This document shows, piece by piece, positions 36,961-49,254 of a DNA stretch of 64,000 bases (position 1 is the stretch's first letter; every line of letters begins with the position of its first letter). The DNA lies in contig NMRA01000801.1 of the NCBI GenBank assembly GCA_002633005.1, forward strand, positions 62,001-126,000, given 5' to 3'. The notes beneath the pieces are model-generated. The model was not told the origin of the DNA. It searched no databases and saw only the letters and a list, made by a program, of their open reading frames with translations. Position numbers and translations under genes: made by a program. This DNA comes from Phoronis australis (Eukaryota > Animalia > Phoronida).

Positions 36961-39900
36961 TTCGTTAAATATAGCGACCAACAACAGGTTAGAACATCGC
37001 TCAGCTTGTACCTCACGGGTCATCAAATTTGGGACCGTATTTCTAATTTTTCCACTTGTATTTTCGATTGTTTCACTCATTGTGCCCGTTGCCAGTGCCA
37101 GTGGTCGCCAGAAACATCGTCCATTTAGTGTCTTCTGCAAATTGCATTTAACGATGGTTTGAATGAATGAATGAACAAGAAACCTTGTTGTTTCTTAAAA
37201 TGCTACCTATTGGCATGTAACACCACTGATAGCCAAGCTGAAGTCCATGAAAGACGGACGCTTACTAAAATAAGTAAATTCCATCATTTGACTTTTTTCT
37301 GTATTTTGATACCTCAACTGGATGTGTCAAAACTTTTATGGTTATTGTGTTCTCAAAGTTGTCCATGGAATATAGATAAAATAAACATAATTGTGCCGTT
37401 TTCGTATTGCTGATCATGAATGTTTTTGGAAAACAAGGGTAGTCATTTACCTGAACTGCCAGTTCTTAAATCCCGTCCACATACATACTTAACCTAGAAC
37501 AACTTGTGCTAGTGCAGCTTGTCCCACTAATAGTGGAGCGTCCACACACGCATATCTGATAACTAGCGCAAGGCAGCGGAAGGTGTTGCTCTGTGCTTTG
37601 AGCAGCTGATGGGAATACTCAGGTATTAAAGAAGACCAGTCTGTATGTAACCGCAGGTTTGCAGACGCACAGCTTTTAGAAGTGGCGCATGTTCCCCTTG
37701 AACAAGTTACCCTACCTTGATAAGGTGGAATTAGTTGACACAAGTGGGGAAAGTTACACTAGTTTAAATACTGTCTATGCAGCCCCCAAACCTAGCGACC
37801 CCTCGTTCCAAGAGAAACTTGTTCCAGGGTAAGACTATGTGTGGACAACACTCTAAATGCAGACAATGTGTTGCTTGGGATACACATGTGAGCTTTTTGT
37901 GTTTTTCAAATAAAAGACTGTCACCATTCACATGCTGTTTCATCAGAAGGTAGATTGGACGTCTGATCTGCTGCCAGAAAAATATTCAACCTGAACGCAT
38001 GTCGGATGGATGTGACATCCTATCACCTGGCCTCAAACTGATTGGCAGATCAGCCTTCTTACCATGAGATGGCTACATTTCAAAGATGTAATCTGTGGTT
38101 ATTGGGATTTCTGAACGATTCCTTGCCAGCACAGAGCTGCATGGGAACCCTTTCGGAAACGGGTACTATTGGATTCACCCTGGCTTCAGAACGCCTCACA
38201 CCAGGGCATATGACAAGTAATTAATCACAACTGAATTTGTGACTAATTCTTGACACGTTGATTACAGCAAAATGACTCCCTAATTTGATCAGCTACACAA
38301 CAGTTGTGCGTCAACGTTGCTTGAAGTGATATATTTTGTGGACCCACTAAGATTGGAGATTACAAATTTTTGATCTTGGCGGAAAATTTCGTGGCTCTCA
38401 TTGAGCTACCATCTTTGTCAGGGAAATCCATATTTGTCCTGTGGTAGCGAGAGTCAGGGCCTGACCAGCGGTAGCAGTGGTGGTTATAGATGCTGCCTGT
38501 TGTGTACAGTAGCTTGCTAAGCATCAACATCAGACGAATGAGACCTACATCCTCCAGACGTCAGCAACTATCACAATAAGAGCCAGACGGCATGTAACCA
38601 ACAGTACCTTTGGAATGTTCTGCCTTTACAGTTGCCACCAAACGATATGCAAAATTACCCTGTATACTACCTAGTCTCATGATGTTTAAAATTATGTACA
38701 CTCCCAAATTGTAGAAATCTGCCATTGTCACGAAGTGATTCTTGACTTTCAAAGCACTGAAATCATAAACAAAGTTAGAACAGATATATTATGCACAATT
38801 GTGAATCAACGAGACAGTGATATGCCGAATGTTGCATAATTAGGTAAAGGGTAAACACTGTCAGTTTAAATAAATGTCTGTCGTCCTGGTGAAGAGTCCA
38901 ATGTACTGGAGAGTTCTAGTGTATTCTCTACTATTGTACCAATGTAGAGTGAGTCGAGTTGTGTTTCAGTCTATTACAACGCTGTAGACACACACATGTG
39001 ACAACACGACGCGGCTATTTACAAGAGACCAACTGTCTAATTACCACCAAGTCAGGGTACGATCATTCCGCATTCACACCACTTTGACTTCATGACCTCT
39101 AGTTGATAACTATAAACCCATCTCCTAACTCTCAGACGTAACTTCCTCATGCAGAATCCACACTCTGCAACTCTTGGCTGACTGTGATAGCCCTCAAGTT
39201 CCACATTTGCATACAAATAATGCTAGCCTGTACCTTTTACAGACTAGCGAATGAGGCTGGCCACTAGTATTTCAAACCTCAACAGGCACTTGTGCAACAA
39301 ATTTGACCTATTGCCAGGACTTAAAGTGACGGCTTACTGACCATTTAGTACTCATCATTCTTGACACACCTTTGTTTCCAAGCCGCTTTTACCCGACAAA
39401 CAACACGTTGCTTGGTAAAAGTTAGTGGACATTACGCAAGGAGACGAAGCTTGCATAGGTCAATTCATCCTCTGGCTTTCATGTCTCAATAAACAACAAC
39501 AGAGCATGAGCTACACTGGACACTCAATACCAGTAGTGCCCCCACCCAATTGTTTGAAGGAAATAATTTCACTGTTCAACTGTATAACACTGTGCAATGC
39601 GTAGGGTATGTTCACAAACAAATGAGCCCCACTCAAAAATCCACGAAAGACAATCCTTTTTTAATCTCCTTGACCTAAGATGGCGGGCGTGGTGTTAAAA
39701 ATGGCCTGTTGTCGATTTGGGTAACTGAACGAAGTACTGCTCAAAAAAAGTTTGATTACTGTAACGTCGTCGGTGTACGACGTATAAAAACCAATTGAAT
39801 GATATAAGAGTTAAATTATCAAAGTATTCAGCATTAAAGCAAACGACATCCAAGTGACTAAAACACATGCAAGAAAACTATACACGCTAAGGATATACGT

Positions 39901-41314
39901 CATAGTGACACGTGATTAACAGTCATACATTTAAGTGCTACCGGAACTATAAACATCTGGTAGAAATTCAATACATGACAATTACGGGAGTATTTGTTCG
40001 AGTTGGAAAGAATTAGAGACATTGTCTTGACTGCCTCCTAAAGTGTGGGTTGTTCTAAAGCTCCCTCGACTCCCTCACCCCATGACCTAATTGCCCCTCA
40101 TCCCACACGACCTGCAGCAATAGAAAAAATTACGCAAATTTTTGCCGGGCTAAATGAGCTTGAGACTAACCACTATCATATGGTTCAACAGAGCAGTTGA
40201 CGGTCATTGGCATCGCTGATTTTTGCGAAAATAAAGGCAAAAGAAAAACACATCCACGGAAGAAAATCAAAATTTTTTTATAAAAAAGCTCCGAACAACT
40301 GTGAAGTGTTGTCTAAGATAAATTGAATGTAATTTTGATGACTTTTGGGCATTTCATTCTTCTTTTCTTATCATTGATATCAACCAAGGATGCGTTATAA
40401 ACTCCTGCTACAGTGCTGTACTGTTTAGTCTTAACCTGTGGATTTTCCCCACACTTGAATATCCCCACTGGCCTTGTGAGCTGGAGGTCTGTTTCTTCTG
40501 ATTTTGGTTATGTAACATTTTCCAGCTGAGTACAGAAATGCCATTAATCTTCTATTTTGTTTCTATTTAAATGTAGGTCACAGGTCAAAAGGTCACCTGA
40601 TGACACTGTGGAGCCAGCTGACCTACAGAAAAGAGGTCCTCCTCACCATGTGGAATTATTTGTGCAAGACATAGCAGCCATTCAAATTACAAAGGTACTC
40701 CATAGTCAATCTCTTTTACAGAAGTACTCTTGCATTTCTTAGTTTTGGTGGTATTTATAATTAGTCTGACATTGTTTTCGACATTTGTTTAAATGCTGAT
40801 AACAAAAATGAATATGAAAAGTGTATTGCTGCTGCCTCATTTTTGCTGGTCAGTTAGTTCAATAGGCTGATTTGCGACTGGAATAGTTGCGTGTGTGCAT
40901 TTCATACTTTAAACCTTAAAATTAACTGATGAGTCTTTCTAGTGGAATGTAACCTATACATTTTTTGTAACAGATTGAGTTATCTAACTGACTTGTCTTG
41001 AAAGTTAAGATCATGGAGGACCCTAGAAAAATATCCAAATTTGGCTAACTTCGGAACATCACATCTTAGAAGTGACTGATGATATTCACACGAAACTTTC
41101 AGATATCCTTAAACAGTGTTATGATTTGTTTTTTAGATGTTCCACTTTTGCATGAGGAGTTTGCAAAAATAGAACTTGTGCGATTATTTCGAGAAATCTC
41201 TCAAAATTTAGATGGAACAAATTGAAACGATATTTTTGAAAACTATTAGCGTTTTTGAGAGTTCATCTTGAACATTAATATAAAACGAAATCTTGTCCTT
41301 AGGGCAAAATTTCT

Positions 41315-41745
41315 ATGGGTCTACGGTCCAAGGTAGTATACAAATTTATCTGTGCTGGATGTGGCTCCAGTTATATAGGCGAAACTGTTCGCCATTTGAA
41401 AACCAGGACCAAGGAGCATCTAAATTCTGACAATAATTCACATGTAAATATTCACCTGCAGAGCTCCAATCATTGTTATCAGCAGTGCTCTTTCAATGAC
41501 TTTGCAATAATAGACCAGGCAGTAACAACAAAGGAGCTTAAAATTCTTGAGGCTTTACCTATCAGTTGGTGCAAGCCCTATCTCAATAGACAACTGACAC
41601 ACCACAGGTTGTCATTGTTGGTCTAGTCCACTGTATTATGACTTCTGAGGATGGTGTTTAATAAATGACACCGAAACATGTCAAGTTTTAAAACCGTTGT
41701 TGTTTTCGTGAATATATGCTCTTACTTGCTATCATGGATATCCAC
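41315..41745 (+). mobile_element. Penelope-like retroelement 3' fragment: GIY-YIG endonuclease and pLTR
   Basis: SKVVYKFICAGCGSSYIGETVRHLKTRTKEH...SHVNIH...LKILEALPISWCKPYLNRQ (VVY-CxxC-YIG-R-EH-E-N), followed by a hammerhead motif. Confidence 0.9.
41640..41687 (+). ncRNA. Minimal type I hammerhead ribozyme (Penelope-type)
   Basis: ACTT-CTGAGGA-T-GGTGT(loop)ACACC-GAAAC-AT-GTC-AAGT. Stem I ACTT/AAGT, stem II GGTGT/ACACC, predicted cleavage after GUC at 41682. Confidence 0.8.
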
Positions 41746-42094
41746 ATTTATTCAAACGGAGACGAGGCACAATTAACTCAAAAAACGCCACGAGACTGTC
41801 TACTCTTGAGTACCTAATAGCCATATTTATACGTTTATTTTTTTCAGACTCGTTTTCCGGTCTATACGATGCTTATTCGAATCTCTACGTTTATTAATTT
41901 TCTAACTTTTTACTGTGCTACACGATTAATATTTTCAGCAAGTTCACAGTTTTTGTTTCATTCAATACAAATTTGTTACACAAAAACTTCGCTAATGACA
42001 CCGGGTATCGTACCTTGGTCCTAAGACGAAGGGAATTCGCTGTAAATCTCTAGAGACACTAAGTTCAGGATTTGTAATTTAGGAGAGCTATATA

Positions 42095-42772
42095 CAGGGC
42101 TTGGAATTTTCCGCGAAATCGTGGATTTACGCTTTTTTCAAATGCGCTTTCCGCTTTTTTTATAATATTTCTGCGTAAAAAAATCGGATTTGATATAAAA
42201 TTTCCGCGGCAAATTCCTTTCTTACCGCGGCGTTGCAGACGACGCTCACCTCGAAAAGCGGAAGTTGCTCTTATGTTTCGGAGGAACGTAAATTGTCAAC
42301 ATTGCCAGGGCATCTGGGACATCGTGGTGGGATTTTCTATGGCGTCTCGTGTTATTGTTAAGCGCGGCGACAAATACTACCGCTCTGCAGCCAAAAATGT
42401 GTGGGTTGGGAGTGGACGGGCGAGCTAAAAGGACGCAGACGCATGCTACTGATGGTGGTAACGTTTTTTTTTTNNNNNNNNNNNNNNNNNNNNNNNNNNN
42501 NNNNNNNNNNNNNNNNNNNNNNNNNNNNNNNNNNNNNNNNNNNNNNNNNNNNNNNNNNNNNNNNNNNNNNNNNNNNNNNNNNNNNNNNNNNNNNNNNNNN
42601 NNNNNNNNNNNNNNNNNNNNNNNNNNNNNNNNNNNNNNNNNNTTTTAGTCCTCCCAATTTTTCTCGGTGAAAGGTTAACATTGACCATTTCAAGACTGGT
42701 TATCGGGCATGATTTGGGCCGTAAAAGTTTCAAAGTTTCCGCGTTTTTTGTCATTGGTCATTCCAAGCCCGG
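42095..42772. mobile_element. Second (inverted) copy of the CAGGGCTTGGAAT MITE
   Basis: Reverse complement of 10166-10653; flanks TATATA/TATATG; interrupted by an N gap. Confidence 0.85.
42474..42642. other. Assembly gap
   Basis: N run inside the MITE poly-T. Comparison with the other copy suggests almost no sequence is actually missing. Confidence 0.95.
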
Positions 42773-44130
42773 TATATGCGACTCCACGTTACACACGAAA
42801 GTCATATGTCATACACATTAAAGAATATAGAACTGTACGTTTCAAAGCGTAAAATAATCGGACTCCCAAGCAAGGCAGCGGCCGTCTGTTGGACAGCCAG
42901 AATTTTATTTTGGAGGGGATCGGTCAGAATTAAGAAAGTGTTGGCAAAATTTAAAAAACCTTGAAATGATTACCACTTTCTCAATATTAACGGCTGGTCG
43001 GCAGTCGCTGAAAGAAATAGGCCATCAGTAATTTTAGAAATGAAAAATTTAATCTACAAAAGTGCTTTCTTAACGTATTTTTCAATATTCCGCACGCCGG
43101 TGACACAGATCGGTGCTACCAGCAGCTCAACATACATCTGAATAAAAACGCTTTCGACAAGTTTCTAATGGCTGATCCGATATTTATGATTGCACCCTGT
43201 GAAAAGAAAGTGAACAATGGATATGCCTATCTATCGATATATATGCGACGAGCTTGCGACCTAGTTTCCCATGGGTACTTACTACTTCGTGTAATGTAAT
43301 TCACATCATTGTACCTCATTTGTAATCGTCAAATTAGTTTCTTGTTTGTCTCATATCTGCCAACATTTCACTACATCTGATTTTTCAACTGCTGACATTG
43401 TTACCCCTTTTCAAAATGTTGTCACAATATTCCCCTGGTTAATTCCAAAATCAGTGTATCCTTATCATGCTCTGTTGTCCTCTAGCACTTGTGGCCTTTT
43501 CGTTAGTAGTTTTACTGTGTGAAAAATGACGCATGCATTTATTGGCATAGGCTAAAATATGACCCTTATTAATTTTTGCAAAAATTGCTTTCTTTGGTCC
43601 CCCTTAATCGTCTTTAAGAAGTATGCATGTCGTGCAGCCATGCATGACAAAGAAAATGAAAGTGGCCGCCAGAAACCCATCAGCTGTGAACTGATGTGCC
43701 AAAGTTCACGAAGTTTCTCGGACGTCAAATCTGACCCTGTTCCTGTCCTTGCTGCTACGTGAGAGCATTCATTTTTCCTTCTTGATCCTTTGGCCTATAA
43801 GTACCTGTATTTTAGAATTATTGACCAGGATATTGTTCTGAGCTAGGATATATATGTTCTAAGATATTTGGCTCATTTATATCTCCATTTGTGTTTTCTG
43901 TATGCCTGTTTCAGCGTTTTATTTATTTCTTAACAACCAATTTACCATTTTTCAAAATTTGTGTTTTCGCATGGCATAAGGTGTGAATTCAAAGTAATGT
44001 GTTCATATTTGAGGCAGTTCATTCAGTCCCTTGTGTATTGTGACTGTAGCATCACATGTTTCATAACCAGCATGAGTATGTCACAGGTATTGACTTGTGG
44101 CTAATTTATTCAATATCTGAATGTGTTCAA

Positions 44131-44572
44131 AGTCGCATTTACACAGGAGACAGTTGACCCGGCACAGCTAACACGGAACAGCTGCTCCAGTGCAAGTGTG
44201 TGTAAACACGACTGACACGGAGCAAGTGACACCGCAGCGTCCAGATTTTAACATTGGCTTGACGGGTAGAGTGAGTTACACTCGATCAGTTGCTCCAGTG
44301 TCAACTACACGTCTAAACAAAACTCGGGCACAGCGGAAATAGATCATCTTTCAATGCGCTTGCGCAATAGCGTGTAGTCGGGTGATCAACTGGCATTCCA
44401 TGGGGTTTGGGCATTCGCTATTGTTTATGCAAGCCTGCGCATACAGTATTCATGTAAGTGACTCATGCTGATCCAGTTTGCGATCTAAATATCGTGTAAA
44501 TGCGACTAAAGTGGAGCAAGTCGCGCCGTGACCACTAACACGGTGACGACTGTCTCTTGTGTAAAAGTGGCT
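44131..44572. mobile_element. PIF/Harbinger-like MITE with 3-bp TSD
   Basis: AGTCGCATTTACACAGGAGACAGT / ACTGTCTCTTGTGTAAAAGTGGCT, CAA on both flanks. Confidence 0.75.
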
Positions 44573-44616
44573 CAACACTCCCCAGGTTTTGATTTTTTTG
44601 TGTGGAACACCCTTAA

Positions 44617-45111
44617 AGGAGAATGCCACCCAAAAACAACCAATTTAGGTCGAGTAGTTCTACTCGATAACGGTACGTTCGGTTGCGTTACGTGACACCT
44701 GACGGCAGACGGAGGTGTTGAAATTATCCAATGACGTCATTGGTTTCACACGCAGTCTGTTCAGCAGTTCACAACAGGGGTTACTGGTGTCAGCATATCG
44801 CTTGAATTCATCATTTAACACCAATAAATCACCCATACTTCGATGTAAAACCCTTAAAAATACACAGAGCTCTTATAAAAACATGTTTTTTTATTTCGCT
44901 GTTACGGATTTATTGGTATTTGGACACACCGTAGCCTACAAAGTTCGGCAGGCCAATTTACCAAGGTCCGTAGCAGGAGTTGGGGTCTGTTCGGAGATAA
45001 ATTCGAAGTATTCTTCCGTGAAATACAGACAAGAGAACCTACAAGAGGCGATGTGGTTATAGACCGATTAAGACGGTAAAAAAGACTAATTAAATTGGGT
45101 GCCGTTCTCCT
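44617..45111. mobile_element. 495-bp Kolobok-like non-autonomous element
   Basis: TTAA TSD on both sides, TIR AGGAGAATGCCACCCAA/TTGGGTGCCGTTCTCCT. Internal-deletion derivative of 57512-59197. Confidence 0.85.
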
Positions 45112-45439
45112 TTAAATTTTGTTTTAAACTTGTGGGTTGGGCATTTTTGTGCTTGAGGGAATCAAGGTGATTTTAAATCGTTCACGGTTGTGTTGCTAAA
45201 TTAAAAATGGCATTTTATATGTTCACCCGAGTGATGACAAGTTTTCCAGTTGCAAATCATTTTCACTAACATTTCTTTCTTATTACCTGTGAGGCTTTTA
45301 GGGGATACGCATACAAACTGTCTACTCTTTACATGGAAAACTTTTTGCCATGCCATTTTATGTAAAAATACAATACTGACAACTGACAAATGTCATCAGT
45401 TCCCCAACCCTTTTCAGCACACAGGATTTCTTTAAGGGC

Positions 45440-45720
45440 ATCACCCAGACTTTTTCTTACTCTCATTGATGTGGGGAATGTGAAGAATTAATGATCACGC
45501 CTCCACGGGTATTCGTCCAGTTTATCTAACTTTTTCACATCGAAGTTACAGCTCACTGTACAGCAGTAATACTTCGTTGGCATTGGAAGGATGAATAGAG
45601 TACTGCAACGGAGAAAAGCTTGTAAGGAATTCGACAACAACAAATTACATGTGAAACTCCAGTGGCACGAAAACGAAGCAGCAAATGTGCCTGACGGATG
45701 TTTACGGCATTGTGGGTAAA
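45440..45720 (-). pseudogene. Decayed THAP-domain transposon fragment
   Basis: YYCCTVSCNFDVKKLDKLDEYPW; homologous to the fragment at ~50900-51320. Confidence 0.5.
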
Positions 45721-46559
45721 TACAGTGAGGTTCGAGTTTGCGTGCACGTAAACTGGGATGACTCTATTGATGGCAGTTTAACCTTGATCCTACTCCTTTG
45801 ATGTACAAATAATCTAGAGGCCTATAAAACCTCTTGTGAAAATGCCAGATATTTCATGCTGAATTGCCATTTGGCACCAGTATACTATTTGAGAAACTGC
45901 CTGCATTTTAACTAGTACGTAAACCAACAGCTGTGAAGCTGTGATGTTGGACCACCTTGGTCTGTGTGCTATTGGGCTTAAAATCTCTACAACTGAAGGC
46001 ATAATATAGAAAAAGAGTGTAATGATGTGTTATTTTCTCATTTGTGGCGTAAACGATAAGCAACGCTAAATTAATGCTATATGTGTGTTGTTTTCAAGTA
46101 ATTTGCTGTCTTCTCATGTCGCTCAACGTTCAGCAAGTACACACAGGCCAATCCAGAAATTGACCTTTCAATCAGTGCACATCCAAGTGAATTATTAGGA
46201 TTCAATGCCTCTATTGGAAAATAGGAGCGATACCCAGATTGCCTATTTCAGAAACACCCAATGCATAGTCGTTCAATACTGATACAGTGTACTATCTGAC
46301 GAACTCAGGACATGTTTTTAAAATTGATTTTAGCTAAAATTTGTTAATGAGTGTACCTGTGTAGTCTGTGTTCTCCACAACCTGTTTTGACTGCCATCTG
46401 CGTAGAGTTTGAATTTTGCTGTGATGGGTTCGGCTTACTTGCGTAGAGTGTGAAAACCTACATAATGAGATTGAAGTGTTAGGAGATTTGTATTTTCTTA
46501 AGCAAATTTGACATTTTGGACTTCTGCTAACAGTTCAATACATTCATTTTTATTCGTTC

Positions 46560-47793
46560 ACATGTAAATATGCCGTCATTTCCGTCCGTCGGGGCGGCGT
46601 CCGTTCGTCCGGGCGGCATCCGCCGCTTTATCTCCAAAACCCTTTGACATACGTTCATGAAATTTGGCACATATGTTCCATACATGAATGGGACGGCGTG
46701 AGCGAACTTTCGAACGGATCCGACTATGAGTGTGCCCCCTAATGGCAATTTTAGTTTTTACGCTTACCTTTGTGTCTTCAAAAGTCCTGAACGGATGTTC
46801 ATGAAATTTGGTATGTAGGCACCTATTAATGAGATGACGGCATCCTGCCGTTTTCAGATGGATTCGACGTAGTTTGCACCACCTAGTGGCCGTTTTTACT
46901 GTTTTCGAGCCTGTTTATTTGCGTCCATCCCTCTATCAACCAAACCGCTCAAAGGATGATTGTGAAAATTGGCATGTATTTGCTTACTGTAAAGAGGATG
47001 GTTGACGATGATTTTCCGACGATTTTCTCTACTGCGGCGCCTCCTAGTGGCAGTTTTGTTTTTGTTGCGCTTATGGCTATATGTCCTAAACCGTTCACAG
47101 GAACTTTACTTAATTTAGCAAGTGTATTTATATGATGTTGACTACGGATGACGACGACTTTCGGCCAGATCCGACTACTGCTGTGTCCTCTAGTGGCAAT
47201 ATTAGTTTTTTACGTTTAACTCCGTATCTTCAAAGGTCCTCAACAGATTTTCATAAAATTTTAAATATAGGCATCTATTGGTGTGATGATGCTATCTTCC
47301 TGTTTTTGGATGGAATTCAGGTATTTTGCACCACCTAGTGGCCATTTTTGCTGTTTTCAAATCTTGTTTTTGGCGTCCACCCCTGTATCAACCAAATTAT
47401 TTGAAAATTGGCATATATGTTCTCAGTGTTAAGACGACCTTTGATGATGGTGACTGAATACTGTGGCGCCTCCTAGTGGTAGTTTTGTTTTGCGCCCATA
47501 CGGTATATCCTAAACCCACTGTAGGATCTTTACTAAGTTTAGTAAGTGTATTTATATAAAGATAACAACAGACGACGACGACTTTCAGGCGGATCCAATG
47601 GACACTGTTCCCACTAAGTGGCAATTTCATTTTATTCCGTTTTCCTTTGGTTCTCTGAAGTTCCTTGACAGATTTTTATGAAATATGGCATGTTCCTGTT
47701 TTTTGGATGGATTGTATGCTTTTGCGCCATCTAGTGGCCATCTTTATGATACAAATAAATAACCCGCATTTCAACGCTTCGCGTTGATCTTGT
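46560..47793 (+). mobile_element. HINE/DINE-1-like element
   Basis: GTCC microsatellite, eight ~120-160-bp subunits, 3' hairpin CAACGCTTCGCGTTG followed by ATCTTGT. Confidence 0.85.
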
Positions 47794-49228
47794 AAGACAG
47801 TGTGGTCATGGACTTTCGAAAGCGTACATAAATTATGTAATTGCAGTCGAATTTTATGTTGTGGAGAAAACCACGAGTTTCGTTACAAGTATGCATGAAA
47901 GCGGCATTTAGTCATATGCATCTAGCAGGATGGCTACAGTTATTAAAGATTTGTTCACTTTAAGATTTACTTCAATTTTGATCCCAAAACTATAAGAAAC
48001 AACACAAAACATTTCTGTAATGTCCTTACTCAGGGAAGCAATGTGTAGCATATTATTGATCATGCCAGCATTTTTTCAGTGACCTGAGCTGGCACTAAGT
48101 TCATGTGTTATAAGTGCACTTTAAAGACAGCCTCCAGCGACCAAAAGACCCTCTTAACACCAGAAATACGAGTATTTTTTTAATAAAATATTTTTGTTAC
48201 TTGCATACAACAGAACGTAATTAATTATGACGTGAATTACACCACCCATAATTCGTAGCCCCTTCTAGCGCCCCTTCTAGCGCCCCAGAGAAATTCTCAA
48301 CTAATCAGCGTATAGTGGTAGATATGACTTTGTGCCCTCAAAATGTCTCCTAAGCCTCACTGCGTAACAGCTGAGTGTCTTTTTTTTGGCGTAGGCTTAG
48401 GCTAGTTATCTGTCTTGTTGTGTAGGGATGCAGTAATGAAACGGCCTTGTCATACATTTGTGCATCTTCTCCGCCAATCCCGTCATGTGTTGGCGGGGAA
48501 TAGATTCATATCCACGCCTATGTGGGTAAAAATGACCAAATAAAATTGGACAAAAAAGTATTGTCATTAAAAGCTACACTGCTATACTTTGCGTAAACTA
48601 AATTATTTACCGGTGTTGGAAAAATGGGCTTTCAGCGATTGCGTCACGTGACCTGAACAGTCAACTGTTCTTTGCTGCCACGAGGTGGCGAACATGTCGC
48701 AACAAATTGTCGGAACTGGTTTCATTTCGTTACAAGTTTTTAGCATTTTTAATATCAAAAAAAAAATTTAAGAACAAACTGCTGTTGCGAAGCTGTCATC
48801 ACACCTCCAGATTGTCGCAAAAGTTTGGGATAGCGCGTGTGCGTATCACAAGCACACTGTTTTCGAAACGGCAGACTTTCTTTGTTAAAAAGCTCAAAAG
48901 GTGGAGAGTTATGCTAGAAAATGACGTTTATTAGGTTGTTTTTCACTTAAATGGCTGGCAGCGGGCAAGGTGTGTGTCGGAATTGTCTCCCAGATTTTGC
49001 ATGCACCCCGTCGGTCATGAGCTCAGAGATATAAGTTTCCCGACGATGGGACTAGTAGAACTCGTACCTGGCCTGTATAAAACTTCATTATCTAATGGAG
49101 CTCAACACACGGTACCTTGCTGTATTTTGACGATAGTCTTCAAACAGCTAGCTAGCTGGCTACAAGATCTACAGTGCACATTTTATCGTTTCGTGTTACT
49201 GCTCCGGCCGGGCGTATCGGGAATCCGT

Positions 49229-49254
49229 CCCAAATCAGAATATTCTGATTTGGG
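49229..49254. repeat. Perfect 26-bp palindrome
   Basis: CCCAAATCAGAATATTCTGATTTGGG. Confidence 0.9.

Noticed and set aside
40926-40960. CTGATGAG as another hammerhead core
   Set aside because: No downstream GAAA core or stem II.
44617-45111. Possible solo long terminal direct repeat of a KolobokP-type element
   Set aside because: The longer relative at 57.5-59.2 kb shows it is a simple internal deletion derivative, not a repeated terminal unit.
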